Assembly (NCBI GenBank): GCA_002009975.1
Contig: MTLP01000007.1
Span: forward strand, 80,764 to 144,763
DNA length: 64,000 nt
Direction of reading: 5' to 3'
Source: Thermococcus sp. JdFR-02
GTDB taxonomy: Archaea; Methanobacteriota_B; Thermococci; Thermococcales; Thermococcaceae
Shown one piece after another: positions 39,133-49,679 of the stretch; the stretch's first letter is position 1, and each line of letters starts with the position of its first letter. The notes beneath the pieces were generated by a model. The model was not told where the DNA came from. It did no database searches and saw nothing but the letters and a program-made list of their open reading frames with translations. A program made the position numbers and the translations under genes.

Positions 39133-39906
39133 TTGAAGACGCAATTGAATTGGGAGCTAAATGATCACCTGAATCTGCTTGTCTTTATATTTGGTTCCGT
39201 ACTTACGGGAATAACCTTCCATATTCACCTCCTTGAAGGGGGAATAAACTTCTCGGTTAATCCCCCAACTACCTCGCAGATATTTCTCGAATCGATGAAA
39301 GCGCTTGGATTAAGCTTCCCACGACTGGCAGAGGATATCTACACGATCTTGGTAATTACAGGAGTTCTGCTTTCTTCACTTACACTTCGCTACGATAAGG
39401 ACACTCGGTTGGCTATGAGCATCTACAGCCTTCCTGTAAAGAACTACAAGCTGGTGCTGGCCAAGTTCATTGCATCCTTTATCCTCCTATTTTTGTCCGT
39501 GATTATTCCTTTCTTTCTGACGTTATTCTATACCTACGGGGACGCTCCGAATCTGCTTAAAGGAGCATTGTTTGGAGAAGGGTTTTTCATTAGTTACTTC
39601 ATATTTTGGTTGCTGGCGTGCGTATACGTGATATCTCTCTCAAGCCTGATAGCGGAGCTCTCGCCCAATCTGTTTGCATCGCTCCTTGGAGGTATAACTC
39701 TGCTGTATCTCCCAAAAATACTTAATACAACCTATCTACCTCCAGCAGTGCTCAATTCGGCATTTCTAACTTCACAAACTGCCTTTGATAGTGTGGCTCA
39801 AAAAGTTCTCATGCTGGTGGATAAAGCCTTCGTTTCGTGCATTCTAATACCCTTGGTGTTGCTGGGGATGACACTCTTAATAAGTGAATGGAGGGATGTG
39901 GTGTGA
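39133..39906 (+). CDS. ABC-2 type permease-like membrane protein
   Basis: About six TM; IYSLPVKNYKLVLAKF; ends WRDVV. Confidence 0.75.
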   Translation: MKTQLNWELNDHLNLLVFIFGSVLTGITFHIHLLEGGINFSVNPPTTSQIFLESMKALGLSFPRLAEDIYTILVITGVLLSSLTLRYDKDTRLAMSIYSLPVKNYKLVLAKFIASFILLFLSVIIPFFLTLFYTYGDAPNLLKGALFGEGFFISYFIFWLLACVYVISLSSLIAELSPNLFASLLGGITLLYLPKILNTTYLPPAVLNSAFLTSQTAFDSVAQKVLMLVDKAFVSCILIPLVLLGMTLLISEWRDVV

Positions 39907-40346
39907 GGCTGTTAAAGGCTATCTTGATTTCGATTCTTATCATCACAGTCTTTTCACTTGCTACCCAAGAGAAAATCCTTCAGAAGCCCTATTCACAGGT
40001 TATCTTAACGGGAAGAGGGTTCGTTGTTCCTTCTGCAAGGGTTATTCTCCTAAACACGAATCCCAAGGGGGGCGAGTATATGATTGCAATCTTTGACCCC
40101 GAAGCGAATAAAACGATATTCTCAAGACGGACTGATAGACCGATTAACGAAGAGGTAACGCTTCCACATTCTGGACCTTACTACGTTCTTATAGATTCCG
40201 AACTCCCCGTCGTCTGTGCTCTTAAAGGCGTGGCAAGCTATCCATCAAAAGAGATTTTGAACGTTGAATACGGCATGGGTGGAGTTTCTGCACTTTTATT
40301 GGCTGGTATAATTCTCTTGGAGGGAAAAAGAAATGATAAAAGCTGA
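39903..40346 (+). CDS. Hypothetical protein with N- and C-terminal TM segments
   Basis: GTG start overlapping upstream stop; two hydrophobic ends. Confidence 0.65.
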   Translation: MRLLKAILISILIITVFSLATQEKILQKPYSQVILTGRGFVVPSARVILLNTNPKGGEYMIAIFDPEANKTIFSRRTDRPINEEVTLPHSGPYYVLIDSELPVVCALKGVASYPSKEILNVEYGMGGVSALLLAGIILLEGKRNDKS

Positions 40347-40995
40347 AAATTTAACTAAAAGGTTTGGAAAGCTCACTGCTTTGAATTCCATAAATCTCGA
40401 AATAGAGGAAGGCTTCACCCTTATACTTGGTCCTAATGGAGGTGGAAAATCAACGTTCCTCAACCTGTGTGCCGGTATTTATAAACCCACAGAAGGGAGA
40501 ATTGAGGTTTTTGGAGAAGAACCGTGGAGCAACGAAAAAGTCAAGAAACAGATTGGTGTTTCTTTTGATCCTCCTGCTTTACCGAAGCACCGCACAGGCT
40601 TGGAGTGGCTTTCATATATTGCCGAGTTCAAGGGAATTGAGAAAAGCGAGATAATAAGTGTTGCCAAGCTGTTTTCAGTGAAACCTTTCTTAAACAGAAA
40701 AATTGGGGAATACTCTGCTGGAATGCTTAAAAGACTAAGCCTTTCTCAAGCTTTTCTTGGCAATCCAGACCTTATCTTACTTGATGAGCCATTGGCAAAC
40801 CTTGACTTCAAAGGGATTAAAGAGATAACGGAGGTTCTAAAGAGGATTATTGAAGATGGGACAAACATGATTGTAGTTTCCCACATATGGCGACCTCTCA
40901 TAGACGTAGCCAACAGGGTCGTTGTAATTGCTGCAGGAAAGGTAGTTTTTGATGGCGAGCCTGAGGATATTCTGCCGAAAATTGGAGAAATTTAG
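40333..40995 (+). CDS. ABC transporter ATP-binding protein
   Basis: GPNGGGKST, YSAGM, LLDEP, VSH. Confidence 0.92.
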   Translation: MIKAENLTKRFGKLTALNSINLEIEEGFTLILGPNGGGKSTFLNLCAGIYKPTEGRIEVFGEEPWSNEKVKKQIGVSFDPPALPKHRTGLEWLSYIAEFKGIEKSEIISVAKLFSVKPFLNRKIGEYSAGMLKRLSLSQAFLGNPDLILLDEPLANLDFKGIKEITEVLKRIIEDGTNMIVVSHIWRPLIDVANRVVVIAAGKVVFDGEPEDILPKIGEI

Positions 40996-41006
40996 GAGGT
41001 GGTAAT

Positions 41007-42740
41007 GTGAGATGGTTGAGAGCTGTTATGATTCTAATCATGTTCCTTGCACATGTTCCCCTTGGGTTATCTGGAAACGATGTAATGCTTAAAATTGATT
41101 CGGTTCCGGTAGGGGCTGAGGTTAGCATTGAAGGTATGAATAACACTTTTCGCACTCCAGTTATTTTAAGCATGTCAGAGGGAAAGAGGATAATAAAAAT
41201 TTCCAAAGGAGCATATACGGTTCTTTACAACCTCTCCATTAGCGAAGGGGAAATTCTAACGCTCTTGGTGGACTTTAGAAAGATAGAAAAAGCCATTGGA
41301 AAGGCTTTCATAAATGTCACAATAAAATACGGCTTCAACATAACGGTGCCAACAAAGGAAAAGGAATATGAACCTCCAATGGCTACTCCAACTTGGGAGG
41401 GCTGTGGAGGAATAACAATGGAAGGATCGAGGAACCCACCAATGGTAATCTACCAGTTCGATCCAGAAGACCCTTATTACCAGCTTGTCCTCAACAACAC
41501 TCCCATAAGACTGCAGTATAAGAATATAGTGGGATGTATCGTCGTTGAGAAAATTTTCTACCATGGGGAAGGTTATACAGTGATTGGAGGCGGAGGCTGG
41601 GATAACGCAACATACATAGCCCCGACAGCATTGTTAACCATAAACTCAACGCCCCAAAATGCCACGGTTTACATCTTCGACTTTCACAGATTCGGAGAGT
41701 GGTTTACACCGATGGAGTTGAGAGTTCCCGTGATAACAGAACCTCAAATGAACGTTAGGGTGTACACAAAATATTCCAACCTTACAATCCCGTATATCCC
41801 AGAACTCCATGCATACAAGATTTCCATAGGTCATAATGGTTATCCCTTCTTTGAAGGATGGGTGGATTTGAAACCTAATGAAACACTCACCCTTAACGTT
41901 GATCTCGGGCTTCTTAAGGAAGCCGTGACCGTTAAAAAAGAAGAGGGTGTATTAGAAGTGGTCAGCCAGCCAGAGAATGCAAGTATAACGGTGAAAGACG
42001 CTCAAGGGAGAGTCTTGGGAAGCGGGACTTCTCCCTTAAGGATTGAACTGCCTCCAGGATTTTATGTTATCTCGGCTTTTATGGACGGTTATGGTAGCGC
42101 TGTAAAAAATGCAACGGTGTTTTCCAATAAAACCATTAGAGTATATGTGGAGCTTAACCCTACTCCCGCTAAGCTTTCTATAGAAAGCTCTCCAAGTGGT
42201 GCAGTAGTGTTGGTGGAAAATAAGAAATGCACAACTCCGTGCAATCTAACAATCCATGCAGGTGATTACAATATCACAATTAGAAAGGAAGGGTTTATTG
42301 ACGAGAGCAAAAGGGTCATTTTAAATCCGGGAGAAGAGGTTAACTTAACTTTCAATCTAACCCCCAAGCCAAGAGTTATAATAAAGACAACACCTTCTGG
42401 AGCAGTTGTAACTGCAGATGAAACTAAAGCATGCACAACTCCATGCAACATAACACTTGATCCCGGAAAGCACATCTTAAAGCTTGATCTTGACGGATAT
42501 GAAAGTGAGATAGTGGTTCTTCAACTGAATAAAGGTGATGTTGTACCGATAAACATTAAGTTACGCCCAGAGCAAGATGCATTCAATAACTTTAAAGGAA
42601 AACAGAATACCAATTTAACTACCACTCAAAAAGATATAACAAAAACTCAACCAACAAATCTAGAAACCTCAAACTATGGGAAGCTTTTGTTCATAGTAGG
42701 GATACTAGCACTATTAATAGCAATTGGCATTAGGAGGTGA
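41007..42740 (+). CDS. PEGA domain surface protein
   Basis: Repeated I.S.P.GA.V...TP units, signal peptide, Thr-rich linker, C-terminal TM. Confidence 0.85.
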   Translation: MRWLRAVMILIMFLAHVPLGLSGNDVMLKIDSVPVGAEVSIEGMNNTFRTPVILSMSEGKRIIKISKGAYTVLYNLSISEGEILTLLVDFRKIEKAIGKAFINVTIKYGFNITVPTKEKEYEPPMATPTWEGCGGITMEGSRNPPMVIYQFDPEDPYYQLVLNNTPIRLQYKNIVGCIVVEKIFYHGEGYTVIGGGGWDNATYIAPTALLTINSTPQNATVYIFDFHRFGEWFTPMELRVPVITEPQMNVRVYTKYSNLTIPYIPELHAYKISIGHNGYPFFEGWVDLKPNETLTLNVDLGLLKEAVTVKKEEGVLEVVSQPENASITVKDAQGRVLGSGTSPLRIELPPGFYVISAFMDGYGSAVKNATVFSNKTIRVYVELNPTPAKLSIESSPSGAVVLVENKKCTTPCNLTIHAGDYNITIRKEGFIDESKRVILNPGEEVNLTFNLTPKPRVIIKTTPSGAVVTADETKACTTPCNITLDPGKHILKLDLDGYESEIVVLQLNKGDVVPINIKLRPEQDAFNNFKGKQNTNLTTTQKDITKTQPTNLETSNYGKLLFIVGILALLIAIGIRR

Positions 42741-42800
42741 AAGATTGCCCAAGATTGATTCTTTCAAGCTCCTGATTTTATTCCCAGAAAAAGTAAATAG

Positions 42801-44516
42801 TTAGACTTTTTTCCTAACCTTCACGGCTATTCCTCTTCTCGCTTTAATCATCTCTTCTCCATTTAGAACAGCTTTCCCAACTCCAACAACTTTTTCATCT
42901 CTAACCACGCCTACAATATCATCTGGTCTAATTTGAGGATCAGCTTCATTAACACCAACAGCGAAGACATCTCCCTTCAAATCGAAATCAATCTTAACGT
43001 AATAACTCCTTAGCTTATCATAAATTCTCTGCATTCCAAAAGGAGTTATGCTTATTCTTCCCTCTTCAAAAGTTCCTGTCTGCTTATTTTCAACAAATAT
43101 TCTAAGCATCTTCGAACCTTTAATGTTGGCATTTTCAGGTAAAATAGCTTCACCTGCACCTAAGCCAAAATAGAAGTCAAAGACTTTCCTAATGTTTTCT
43201 TGGAAGCGGTAAGTTCTCTCTTCTTTTCCAGCAACTAAGTCAAGGTTTGGTTCTCTAATGGTCTCTTTTAAAGCGTTTAAGCTCTCTTTACTTGTTGTCC
43301 CCTCTTTAATGGGCACAAAGGTTATTTCTCTTCCGCTCATCTCACTCGCTCTCTTCGCAACTTCAACGTAGGCTTCATCTAAATGAGCAATGATTGGAAT
43401 TTCTTTTGGATACTTTTCTAAGGCTTTTGCAAGCAAATTGGCAGCAGAGCTTATCTCCTCCTCGCTCCAATGCCCCGTAACGACTATATCATATTTTGCT
43501 AACCACTCCCACTCTCTTGGAACGACACCGAAAGGTGAAGTTAAGATCAGCTCGTGCATGAGATAGATACCATTCCCTAATGCTTCTTTTAGGGCTTGTC
43601 TGTAAAGCATGTGACTTCTTGATCTTGAATAAGGCTTCTTAGCCGAGCATGGAAAAAGCAAGAGCAATTTGACATTTTTTGGTGGTTCAAAGCGCTCTAC
43701 AACTCTTTGATGCCACCTCTTTACCTCTGGTCTGTTTTGGGATGCATCGCTTATGAAATAGACAGTTTCCTTTTGGATTGGAGTGTACTTTTCTAAGTAT
43801 TCTCCATACTCCTTATCCGCGATCCTCAAAATTCCCGCATTGCTTTGTGTATAGAAGAAGTTCTCAACTAAATATCTCAGTTTTCCTTCTTTAAGGGCTT
43901 TTTTTACTAAGTTTATAATCTTCTGAGCCCAATCTAAAGAGTTTTCCCCATCTTCCCAGAGTATTGGGGCAAACGGAGTAAAAGCTTTTTTTCTAAAATC
44001 GTAAAGCTTTAAGCTTTTTGTGTCAAAAGCATCGACACCAAGATAAACGGCTAAGGGATAAAAGAATGGCTCTAAATCAGTTATTATCATTAAGTTTGGA
44101 TCCTTTTCTCTTATTAAAGCCAAAGTTGCAACGAATCTTCGATAATCTTTAACTAAAACTTTTGAATTGCCCAAATAAATCGCTTCAAATTGATATTGAC
44201 TCAAAATTTTATTGAGGAACTCCTCCAGCAAATCTAAATACCTAATTGCGGGGAGATAAAGGGCATTAAACTTCGAGTAATCAACGTTGTATAACCTGCT
44301 GAATGCTTTTTCAACAATTTCAAATGGGGCATAAAAGCTAACGTTTATTGATGGAGCTAAATTTACATCAAACTCATTAAATTCCTTAGGATAGAAATAG
44401 GAGTTAAAGGGTGATAAGGTAAAGTCTAACCCTGCTAAAGCAGGAGTTTTGATTTTTCTTTCTCCAAACTTAACTAACCCAAGCCTTGCAGGACCTTCGT
44501 GCTTCAGTATTTCCAT
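42801..44516 (-). CDS. arcS: Archaeosine synthase ArcS (TgtA2)
   Basis: EGPARLG, PCSAKKPYSRSRSH, VVPREWE, YDIVVTGHW, C-terminal PUA. Confidence 0.92.
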   Translation of the reverse strand: MEILKHEGPARLGLVKFGERKIKTPALAGLDFTLSPFNSYFYPKEFNEFDVNLAPSINVSFYAPFEIVEKAFSRLYNVDYSKFNALYLPAIRYLDLLEEFLNKILSQYQFEAIYLGNSKVLVKDYRRFVATLALIREKDPNLMIITDLEPFFYPLAVYLGVDAFDTKSLKLYDFRKKAFTPFAPILWEDGENSLDWAQKIINLVKKALKEGKLRYLVENFFYTQSNAGILRIADKEYGEYLEKYTPIQKETVYFISDASQNRPEVKRWHQRVVERFEPPKNVKLLLLFPCSAKKPYSRSRSHMLYRQALKEALGNGIYLMHELILTSPFGVVPREWEWLAKYDIVVTGHWSEEEISSAANLLAKALEKYPKEIPIIAHLDEAYVEVAKRASEMSGREITFVPIKEGTTSKESLNALKETIREPNLDLVAGKEERTYRFQENIRKVFDFYFGLGAGEAILPENANIKGSKMLRIFVENKQTGTFEEGRISITPFGMQRIYDKLRSYYVKIDFDLKGDVFAVGVNEADPQIRPDDIVGVVRDEKVVGVGKAVLNGEEMIKARRGIAVKVRKKV

Positions 44517-44522
44517 ATTAAA

Positions 44523-45425
44523 TCACACTAAGTTATAACGTTGCAACAGCAATATTTCATCCAAAGTTAGTTTTTCTCCGCGCTTGAACTTTTCTAAAGC
44601 TTCTACTGCTTTTTCGAAGGTTGCATCTCTCTTTGCTCTCATTCTTGCAACAAGCTTGTAAGCTATTAGCTCCTTGTGTTTCTCGTCATACTCCATTATT
44701 CTCTTCTCTACATCCCTCAATTGTCTTCTTATGTCTCTGATCTTCTCTCTTAGCTCCAAAACTTTCTTGTGGTATTCATCTGCCTCTTTCTTTACTTCAT
44801 CTGCCCTTTGGAATGTCTTTATCATTTCTTCATGGAACTGCTGGCTTTGATTTGCTAACTTTTGTATTTCCAAACTTATTGCTCTCCTTGCTTTCTTTAA
44901 ACTCTCAATCTTCTTCCTCGTCTCTTGAAGTTTTTGATGGAATCTATCTGATTGTTGAATTATTTCAAGCTCAGTTGCTAAAACCTGGATTTGATCAACT
45001 ATTTGTTTTTCCCTTTCAGAGGTTATATTTGGATTTGTCTGTAATTCCCATTCGAGCTTTTCAATTCTCTCTTCTATTTTCTCCTTAGGCATTTTTAACC
45101 TTCTAAGCTGATTGTATTCATCTCTCTTTGTTCTATACTCAACAACCTCTTGATATAGGAGGTCGAGCTTTGCGTTTATCTCCTCTCTGTTTTTCTTCAG
45201 CTCCTGTATCTGTTTATTAACATTATCTCTCTTCTCTCTCAATTCTCTCGCTTTCTGTCTCAACTGTTGAACTTCTCTATTTTTCTCATCTCTTTTTTGT
45301 ATCCAAATATTCAATTCCTTTTGTAACTCGTCTAACTTAGCTTGGATTTCCTTTTTCTCCTTCTCCAATGCTTCTATCTCCTGCTTTACCCTCTTTATCT
45401 CTTCTGGATCTACTTTTACTTGCAT
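44523..45425 (-). CDS. Archaeal coiled-coil protein (COG1340-like)
   Basis: Heptad-rich E/K/Q sequence, LEWELQT, EKFKRGEKLTLDE. Confidence 0.85.
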   Translation of the reverse strand: MQVKVDPEEIKRVKQEIEALEKEKKEIQAKLDELQKELNIWIQKRDEKNREVQQLRQKARELREKRDNVNKQIQELKKNREEINAKLDLLYQEVVEYRTKRDEYNQLRRLKMPKEKIEERIEKLEWELQTNPNITSEREKQIVDQIQVLATELEIIQQSDRFHQKLQETRKKIESLKKARRAISLEIQKLANQSQQFHEEMIKTFQRADEVKKEADEYHKKVLELREKIRDIRRQLRDVEKRIMEYDEKHKELIAYKLVARMRAKRDATFEKAVEALEKFKRGEKLTLDEILLLQRYNLV

Positions 45426-45675
45426 GGTCTCTTCCCCTTCCACAATTTTAGAATAGCTAATCATGATCTCACACCTTTATTTAAGCCTCAGCTAAGAGAA
45501 AAGGCAGAAGTAAATAAAAACTTTTTGGATATTAAAAACTCGTAATTGGGAATGAAGACAGGCATAACAGACTTTAACAACTTTATTTTATCCTTGTTGG
45601 GCATACAATATGATACACAGCAAATCAAGAAAAAAGGTTACTCAAAATGATTGTAGGGGATAAAGAGGTTGGAAT

Positions 45676-46623
45676 TTAATCTCTAATCACTTGTGTTCCT
45701 GTTTTTTGTTTTAGGGCTTGGACTGCTTTGTCTAAAGCGGCAATAACAGCCCTCTCACCGCCCCATTCAACAAATCTTATTGCCGCTAAAACCTTCGGAC
45801 CCATGCTCCCCTTTTTAAAATGCCCTTCCTCATAATAACGCCTCAACTCGTCAAGTGTAACTCTACCAAGCCACTTCTCATCTGGCTTCCCATAATTAAT
45901 AGCAGCACCATTAACATCTGTTAAAATCATAAAAACATCAGCATTCACAACCTCAGCCAACCTTTCACCGGCCAAATCCTTATCAATCACAGCCTCAACA
46001 CCCTTTAGCCGACCATCCTCCTCAACAACCGGAATCCCTCCACCGCCGCTGGCAATGACAATAAAGCCTCTCTCAACCAAATCTCTAATTACGTCTTTCT
46101 CCACAATATCCTTTGGACCCGGTGACGGAACGACCCTTCTCCAGCCCCTACCAGAATCCTCTATAACTACCCAACCTTTTTCTCTAGCTAATTTCTTGGC
46201 AGTCTCCTCATCATAAAAAGGACCTACTGGCTTGCTTGGGTTTTGAAAAGCCGGATCGTCTTTATCAACTAAGACCTGAGTTACTATTGTTGCCACGGGC
46301 TTATATAAGCCTCTTTTCTTAAGCTCATTGGTTATTGCTTGCTGAATCATATAGCCGATTTGTCCTTGAGTCATTGCTCCGCAAACATCCATTGGTTGGG
46401 CTGGAATATTATAAGCTTCTCCAGCATCTTGTTGTAACAGTAGATTTCCAACTTGAGGACCGTTGCCATGAGTTATTATGACGTCATAATTGTTATCGAG
46501 AATTATTTCAACAATCTGCTTTGCAGTTTTTCTAACATTACTCATTTGCTCCTCATAAGTTCCCCTCTGACCTCTCTGAAGAATAGCATTCCCGCCCAAA
46601 GCAATAACAACCCTCTTCCTCAT
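45676..46623 (-). CDS. arcC: Carbamate kinase
   Basis: [31 protein letters not shown]. Confidence 0.95.
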   Translation of the reverse strand: MRKRVVIALGGNAILQRGQRGTYEEQMSNVRKTAKQIVEIILDNNYDVIITHGNGPQVGNLLLQQDAGEAYNIPAQPMDVCGAMTQGQIGYMIQQAITNELKKRGLYKPVATIVTQVLVDKDDPAFQNPSKPVGPFYDEETAKKLAREKGWVVIEDSGRGWRRVVPSPGPKDIVEKDVIRDLVERGFIVIASGGGGIPVVEEDGRLKGVEAVIDKDLAGERLAEVVNADVFMILTDVNGAAINYGKPDEKWLGRVTLDELRRYYEEGHFKKGSMGPKVLAAIRFVEWGGERAVIAALDKAVQALKQKTGTQVIRD

Positions 46624-46802
46624 AACAACCACCTCGCATTTGTAAACAAAATTTTGTCGATTCTTGATAAAAGGGTTTGTTAGTGATAAAATGCTTTATT
46701 TGGGAAAAACTTCGGGCATCTTCAGTAAAATTTTTATGAATGTAAAATACCTACCAAACACCTTTAAATTCATCAAGTTAAGTTATTGAAGGGGTGCTAA
46801 GT

Positions 46803-47363
46803 GTGAAGGAATTTGTTAATAAAAATGCAAAAAATATCCATGAGCTCTTGAATTTCATTTGGAGTGAGATATTTAAGCTTAATGAAGAACTTAAGGGGAA
46901 CTTAAAACCTTTGGATCTTAAAGTAGAGCCTGTCGAAGAAGTTTTTAATGCTTATATATTTTTAGATGGGGAATGGAAGGAAATGCTCTATCCTCATCCA
47001 GCCTTTGAAGTTAAGCCACAGGGTGAAGTTGGGGCAACTATTCAAGGATTTTACTTTGTATTTGGGATTTTGAGGGATAAGATAACAAAGGAATTTATAA
47101 AGGAATTTCTTAATGAATTCCCAAAAAGCTACATCTATGGAAGTGAGAGCTTTTTGGAGGATATTTATAACTACAACAATCCTAGGAACTATGAGGAAGT
47201 TTTTGAAAAAATAAAAAGTGGAAGAGAGATACTACTCAATTTTGAAGTCGAGATTAGGGACTTTGAGAATCCGAGGAAAAACTTGAGGGAAAGCTTAATG
47301 AAATTTATAAACTTGGCTAAAAAATACAACCTTCTGGAAAGCTTAGAAGAAGAGGAGATTTGA
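46803..47363 (+). CDS. DUF3201-like protein
   Basis: EEVFNAYIFLDGEWKEMLYPHPAFE...GEVGAT. Confidence 0.7.
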   Translation: MKEFVNKNAKNIHELLNFIWSEIFKLNEELKGNLKPLDLKVEPVEEVFNAYIFLDGEWKEMLYPHPAFEVKPQGEVGATIQGFYFVFGILRDKITKEFIKEFLNEFPKSYIYGSESFLEDIYNYNNPRNYEEVFEKIKSGREILLNFEVEIRDFENPRKNLRESLMKFINLAKKYNLLESLEEEEI

Positions 47364-47364
47364 G

Positions 47365-48516
47365 ATGAGCTATTTAGAAGCTTTTCCACAGGAGTTGCAG
47401 GAATATTATAGAAAGCTCTTTGGGAGTGAGGCTGATATAATAATGCAAAAACTTAGAGAGCCTGTGGAAAAGTACTATATTCGAGTTAATACGCTAAAAA
47501 TAAGTAGAGATAAACTCATAGAGGAGCTTAAGAAAGAAGGTTTAAAGCCAAAGAGAAGTCCTTACTTAGAAGAGGGTATTTACTTTGAAAGGGAAGGACC
47601 AAACTTTTCCGATGATTATAATCCAAAACTTCCAAAGGTGATTGTGAATAAGTTTGCGGCTGAAAGTGTTTATCAGGGCGCCCAGCTCTATGCTCCGGGG
47701 GTTTTGAATGCTGACAAGGGAATAAGAGAGGGAGAAGAGGTAGAGATAAGGGATCCGAGGGGACTTTTGGTTGGTATTGGGATAGCGAGAATGGATTATA
47801 AAGAGATGATTCTGGCTAAAAGGGGAATAGCAGTTGAAGTTACTTTACCTAAGTTCAAGTTGCCAAGCTTAAGTGAACTGAAGAGCTACGAGAAAGGTTA
47901 TTTCTATGCTCAAAGCCTGCCCTCTATGGTTGTTGCTCATGTTTTAGAACCTGAAGAAAGTGATGTTATAATTGACATGACCGCTGCTCCTGGAGGAAAG
48001 ACTTCCCACATTGCCCAGCTTTTACAGAATAGAGGGGAAATAATCGCAATTGACAAATCAAGAAACAGACTTAAAAAGATGGAGGAAGAATTGAAGAGAT
48101 TGGGGGTTAAAAACGTCAAACTCATTCACATGGATTCAAGAAAGTTGCCAGAATTGGGGATTGAAGCCGATAAAATCCTTTTAGATGCACCATGCACTGC
48201 TTTGGGAATAAGACCAAAACTTTGGGAAACAAGGACTCCAAAGGATATAGTGGCTACAGCGAGATATCAAAGGCATTTTATAAGCGCAGCGATTAGAACC
48301 CTTAGAAAAGGAGGAGTTTTAGTTTATTCAACCTGCACGCTAAGCTATGAAGAAAATGAGGAAAATGTAAAATACATGATAAGTAAAGGACTAAAACTTG
48401 AGAGGCAAAGCATTTTTATTGCCAGTCATGGAATTGGGATTCATGAGGTTCAAAGGTTTTATCCGCATAAGCATTTAACCCAAGGATTCTTCATTGCAAA
48501 GTTGAGAAAGGCATGA
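47365..48516 (+). CDS. RsmB/NOP2 family RNA m5C methyltransferase with PUA domain (NSUN6-like)
   Basis: RVNTLK, PUA region, APGGKT, DAPCT, YSTCT. Confidence 0.92.
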   Translation: MSYLEAFPQELQEYYRKLFGSEADIIMQKLREPVEKYYIRVNTLKISRDKLIEELKKEGLKPKRSPYLEEGIYFEREGPNFSDDYNPKLPKVIVNKFAAESVYQGAQLYAPGVLNADKGIREGEEVEIRDPRGLLVGIGIARMDYKEMILAKRGIAVEVTLPKFKLPSLSELKSYEKGYFYAQSLPSMVVAHVLEPEESDVIIDMTAAPGGKTSHIAQLLQNRGEIIAIDKSRNRLKKMEEELKRLGVKNVKLIHMDSRKLPELGIEADKILLDAPCTALGIRPKLWETRTPKDIVATARYQRHFISAAIRTLRKGGVLVYSTCTLSYEENEENVKYMISKGLKLERQSIFIASHGIGIHEVQRFYPHKHLTQGFFIAKLRKA

Positions 48517-48522
48517 GGTGAT

Positions 48523-49536
48523 TTGATGAAGAAAAAACATAAGCTGCCAATGATAATCTTGGGCATTGTGCTTATTATTGCTTTAATAATTTGGGCAGGA
48601 GTTGAGGATACAATTAGAATTGCAAAGAGCGCTGATTTGAAATTCTTTTCCTTTGCTATATTAATGCAGTTTTTAGCTACTCTTGCTTGGGCTTTGAGGT
48701 GGAGAGTTCTTCTTGACAGATCTGGTGCTAAAGTGAGCCTAATTACTGTTTTAATGGCAACTATTGTTGGAGTCTTCTTTAACAATCTTACCCCAGGTGC
48801 GAGAGCGGGTGGAGAGCCAGCAAGAACTTATTTAATAGGTAAGAGGAGTAACAAAAGCTATGGAACAGTTTTTGCAACTGTTATGGCTGATAGGATTTTA
48901 GATGTAATCCCTGTAATGGTTTTCACTTTCATAGCTTTCAAATATGCTCTTAAAATTGGTGTCCCCATACTTTTAACTGTCCTTGCAATCTCAACATTGG
49001 TTCTTTTGATAATTTTGGGAATAAGTCTACTCCTTTCAATAAATCAAAGATTGGCAATGAAATTTTTAAAGGGAATAATAAACCTGCTGAAGAAGATATT
49101 TCCAAAGAAGTTTGAGGGGATTGAGGAAAAGATTGAAGAAAAGCTACAAAAAGCTATTTTTGACTTCAGGAAAACCCTTCTGGAGCTTTCAAAAGATCCA
49201 GTAGTGTTAGGTAAGAGTTTATTCTACTCCTTTGCCCTTTGGGGTTTCATGATATTGAGGAGCTATTACGTCTTTGAGAGCATTGGATATCATCTCAGCC
49301 TTTACAAGATTTTAATGGTTCAAATGGCCGGAATTGCTTTGGGAATGATAAGCATCTTGCCTGGAGGCTTAGGAGTAACTGAAGCAATAAACTCTGCATT
49401 GTACTTGAGCTTGAACATTGATAAGAGCTTAGCAGTTACGGCAACAGTTTTGGATAGGTTTATATCCTTTTGGCTACCAACAATAATTGGGGGAATGATA
49501 AGCTTTTACTTGGGTGTTAGGCATGGAGATCATTGA
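48523..49536 (+). CDS. UPF0104 / flippase-like membrane protein
   Basis: ALRW, TPGARAGGE, DRILD, PGGLGVTE. Confidence 0.85.
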   Translation: MMKKKHKLPMIILGIVLIIALIIWAGVEDTIRIAKSADLKFFSFAILMQFLATLAWALRWRVLLDRSGAKVSLITVLMATIVGVFFNNLTPGARAGGEPARTYLIGKRSNKSYGTVFATVMADRILDVIPVMVFTFIAFKYALKIGVPILLTVLAISTLVLLIILGISLLLSINQRLAMKFLKGIINLLKKIFPKKFEGIEEKIEEKLQKAIFDFRKTLLELSKDPVVLGKSLFYSFALWGFMILRSYYVFESIGYHLSLYKILMVQMAGIALGMISILPGGLGVTEAINSALYLSLNIDKSLAVTATVLDRFISFWLPTIIGGMISFYLGVRHGDH

Positions 49537-49678
49537 CATCTTAGCCTGTCCAAAGTGCAAGGGGGAATTAGAACTTAAGGACAACTGGCTTATCTGCAAT
49601 TCTTGCAAGCTAAAATATCCAATAGTCGATGGGGTTCCCCTTTTGGTTGTAGATAATGCTAAACCGCTGGAGGGTTAG
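49523..49678 (+). CDS. Trm112-like zinc-ribbon protein (51 aa; not in the ORF track)
   Basis: [51 protein letters not shown]; fills the gap between two co-oriented genes. Confidence 0.85.
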   Translation: MEIIDILACPKCKGELELKDNWLICNSCKLKYPIVDGVPLLVVDNAKPLEG

Positions 49679-49679
49679 T

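Noticed and set aside
45780-46260. Locally GC-richer stretch in the carbamate kinase gene, suggesting mosaicism
   Set aside because: Could reflect Gly/Val/Arg-rich conserved sequence; cannot be supported without computation.
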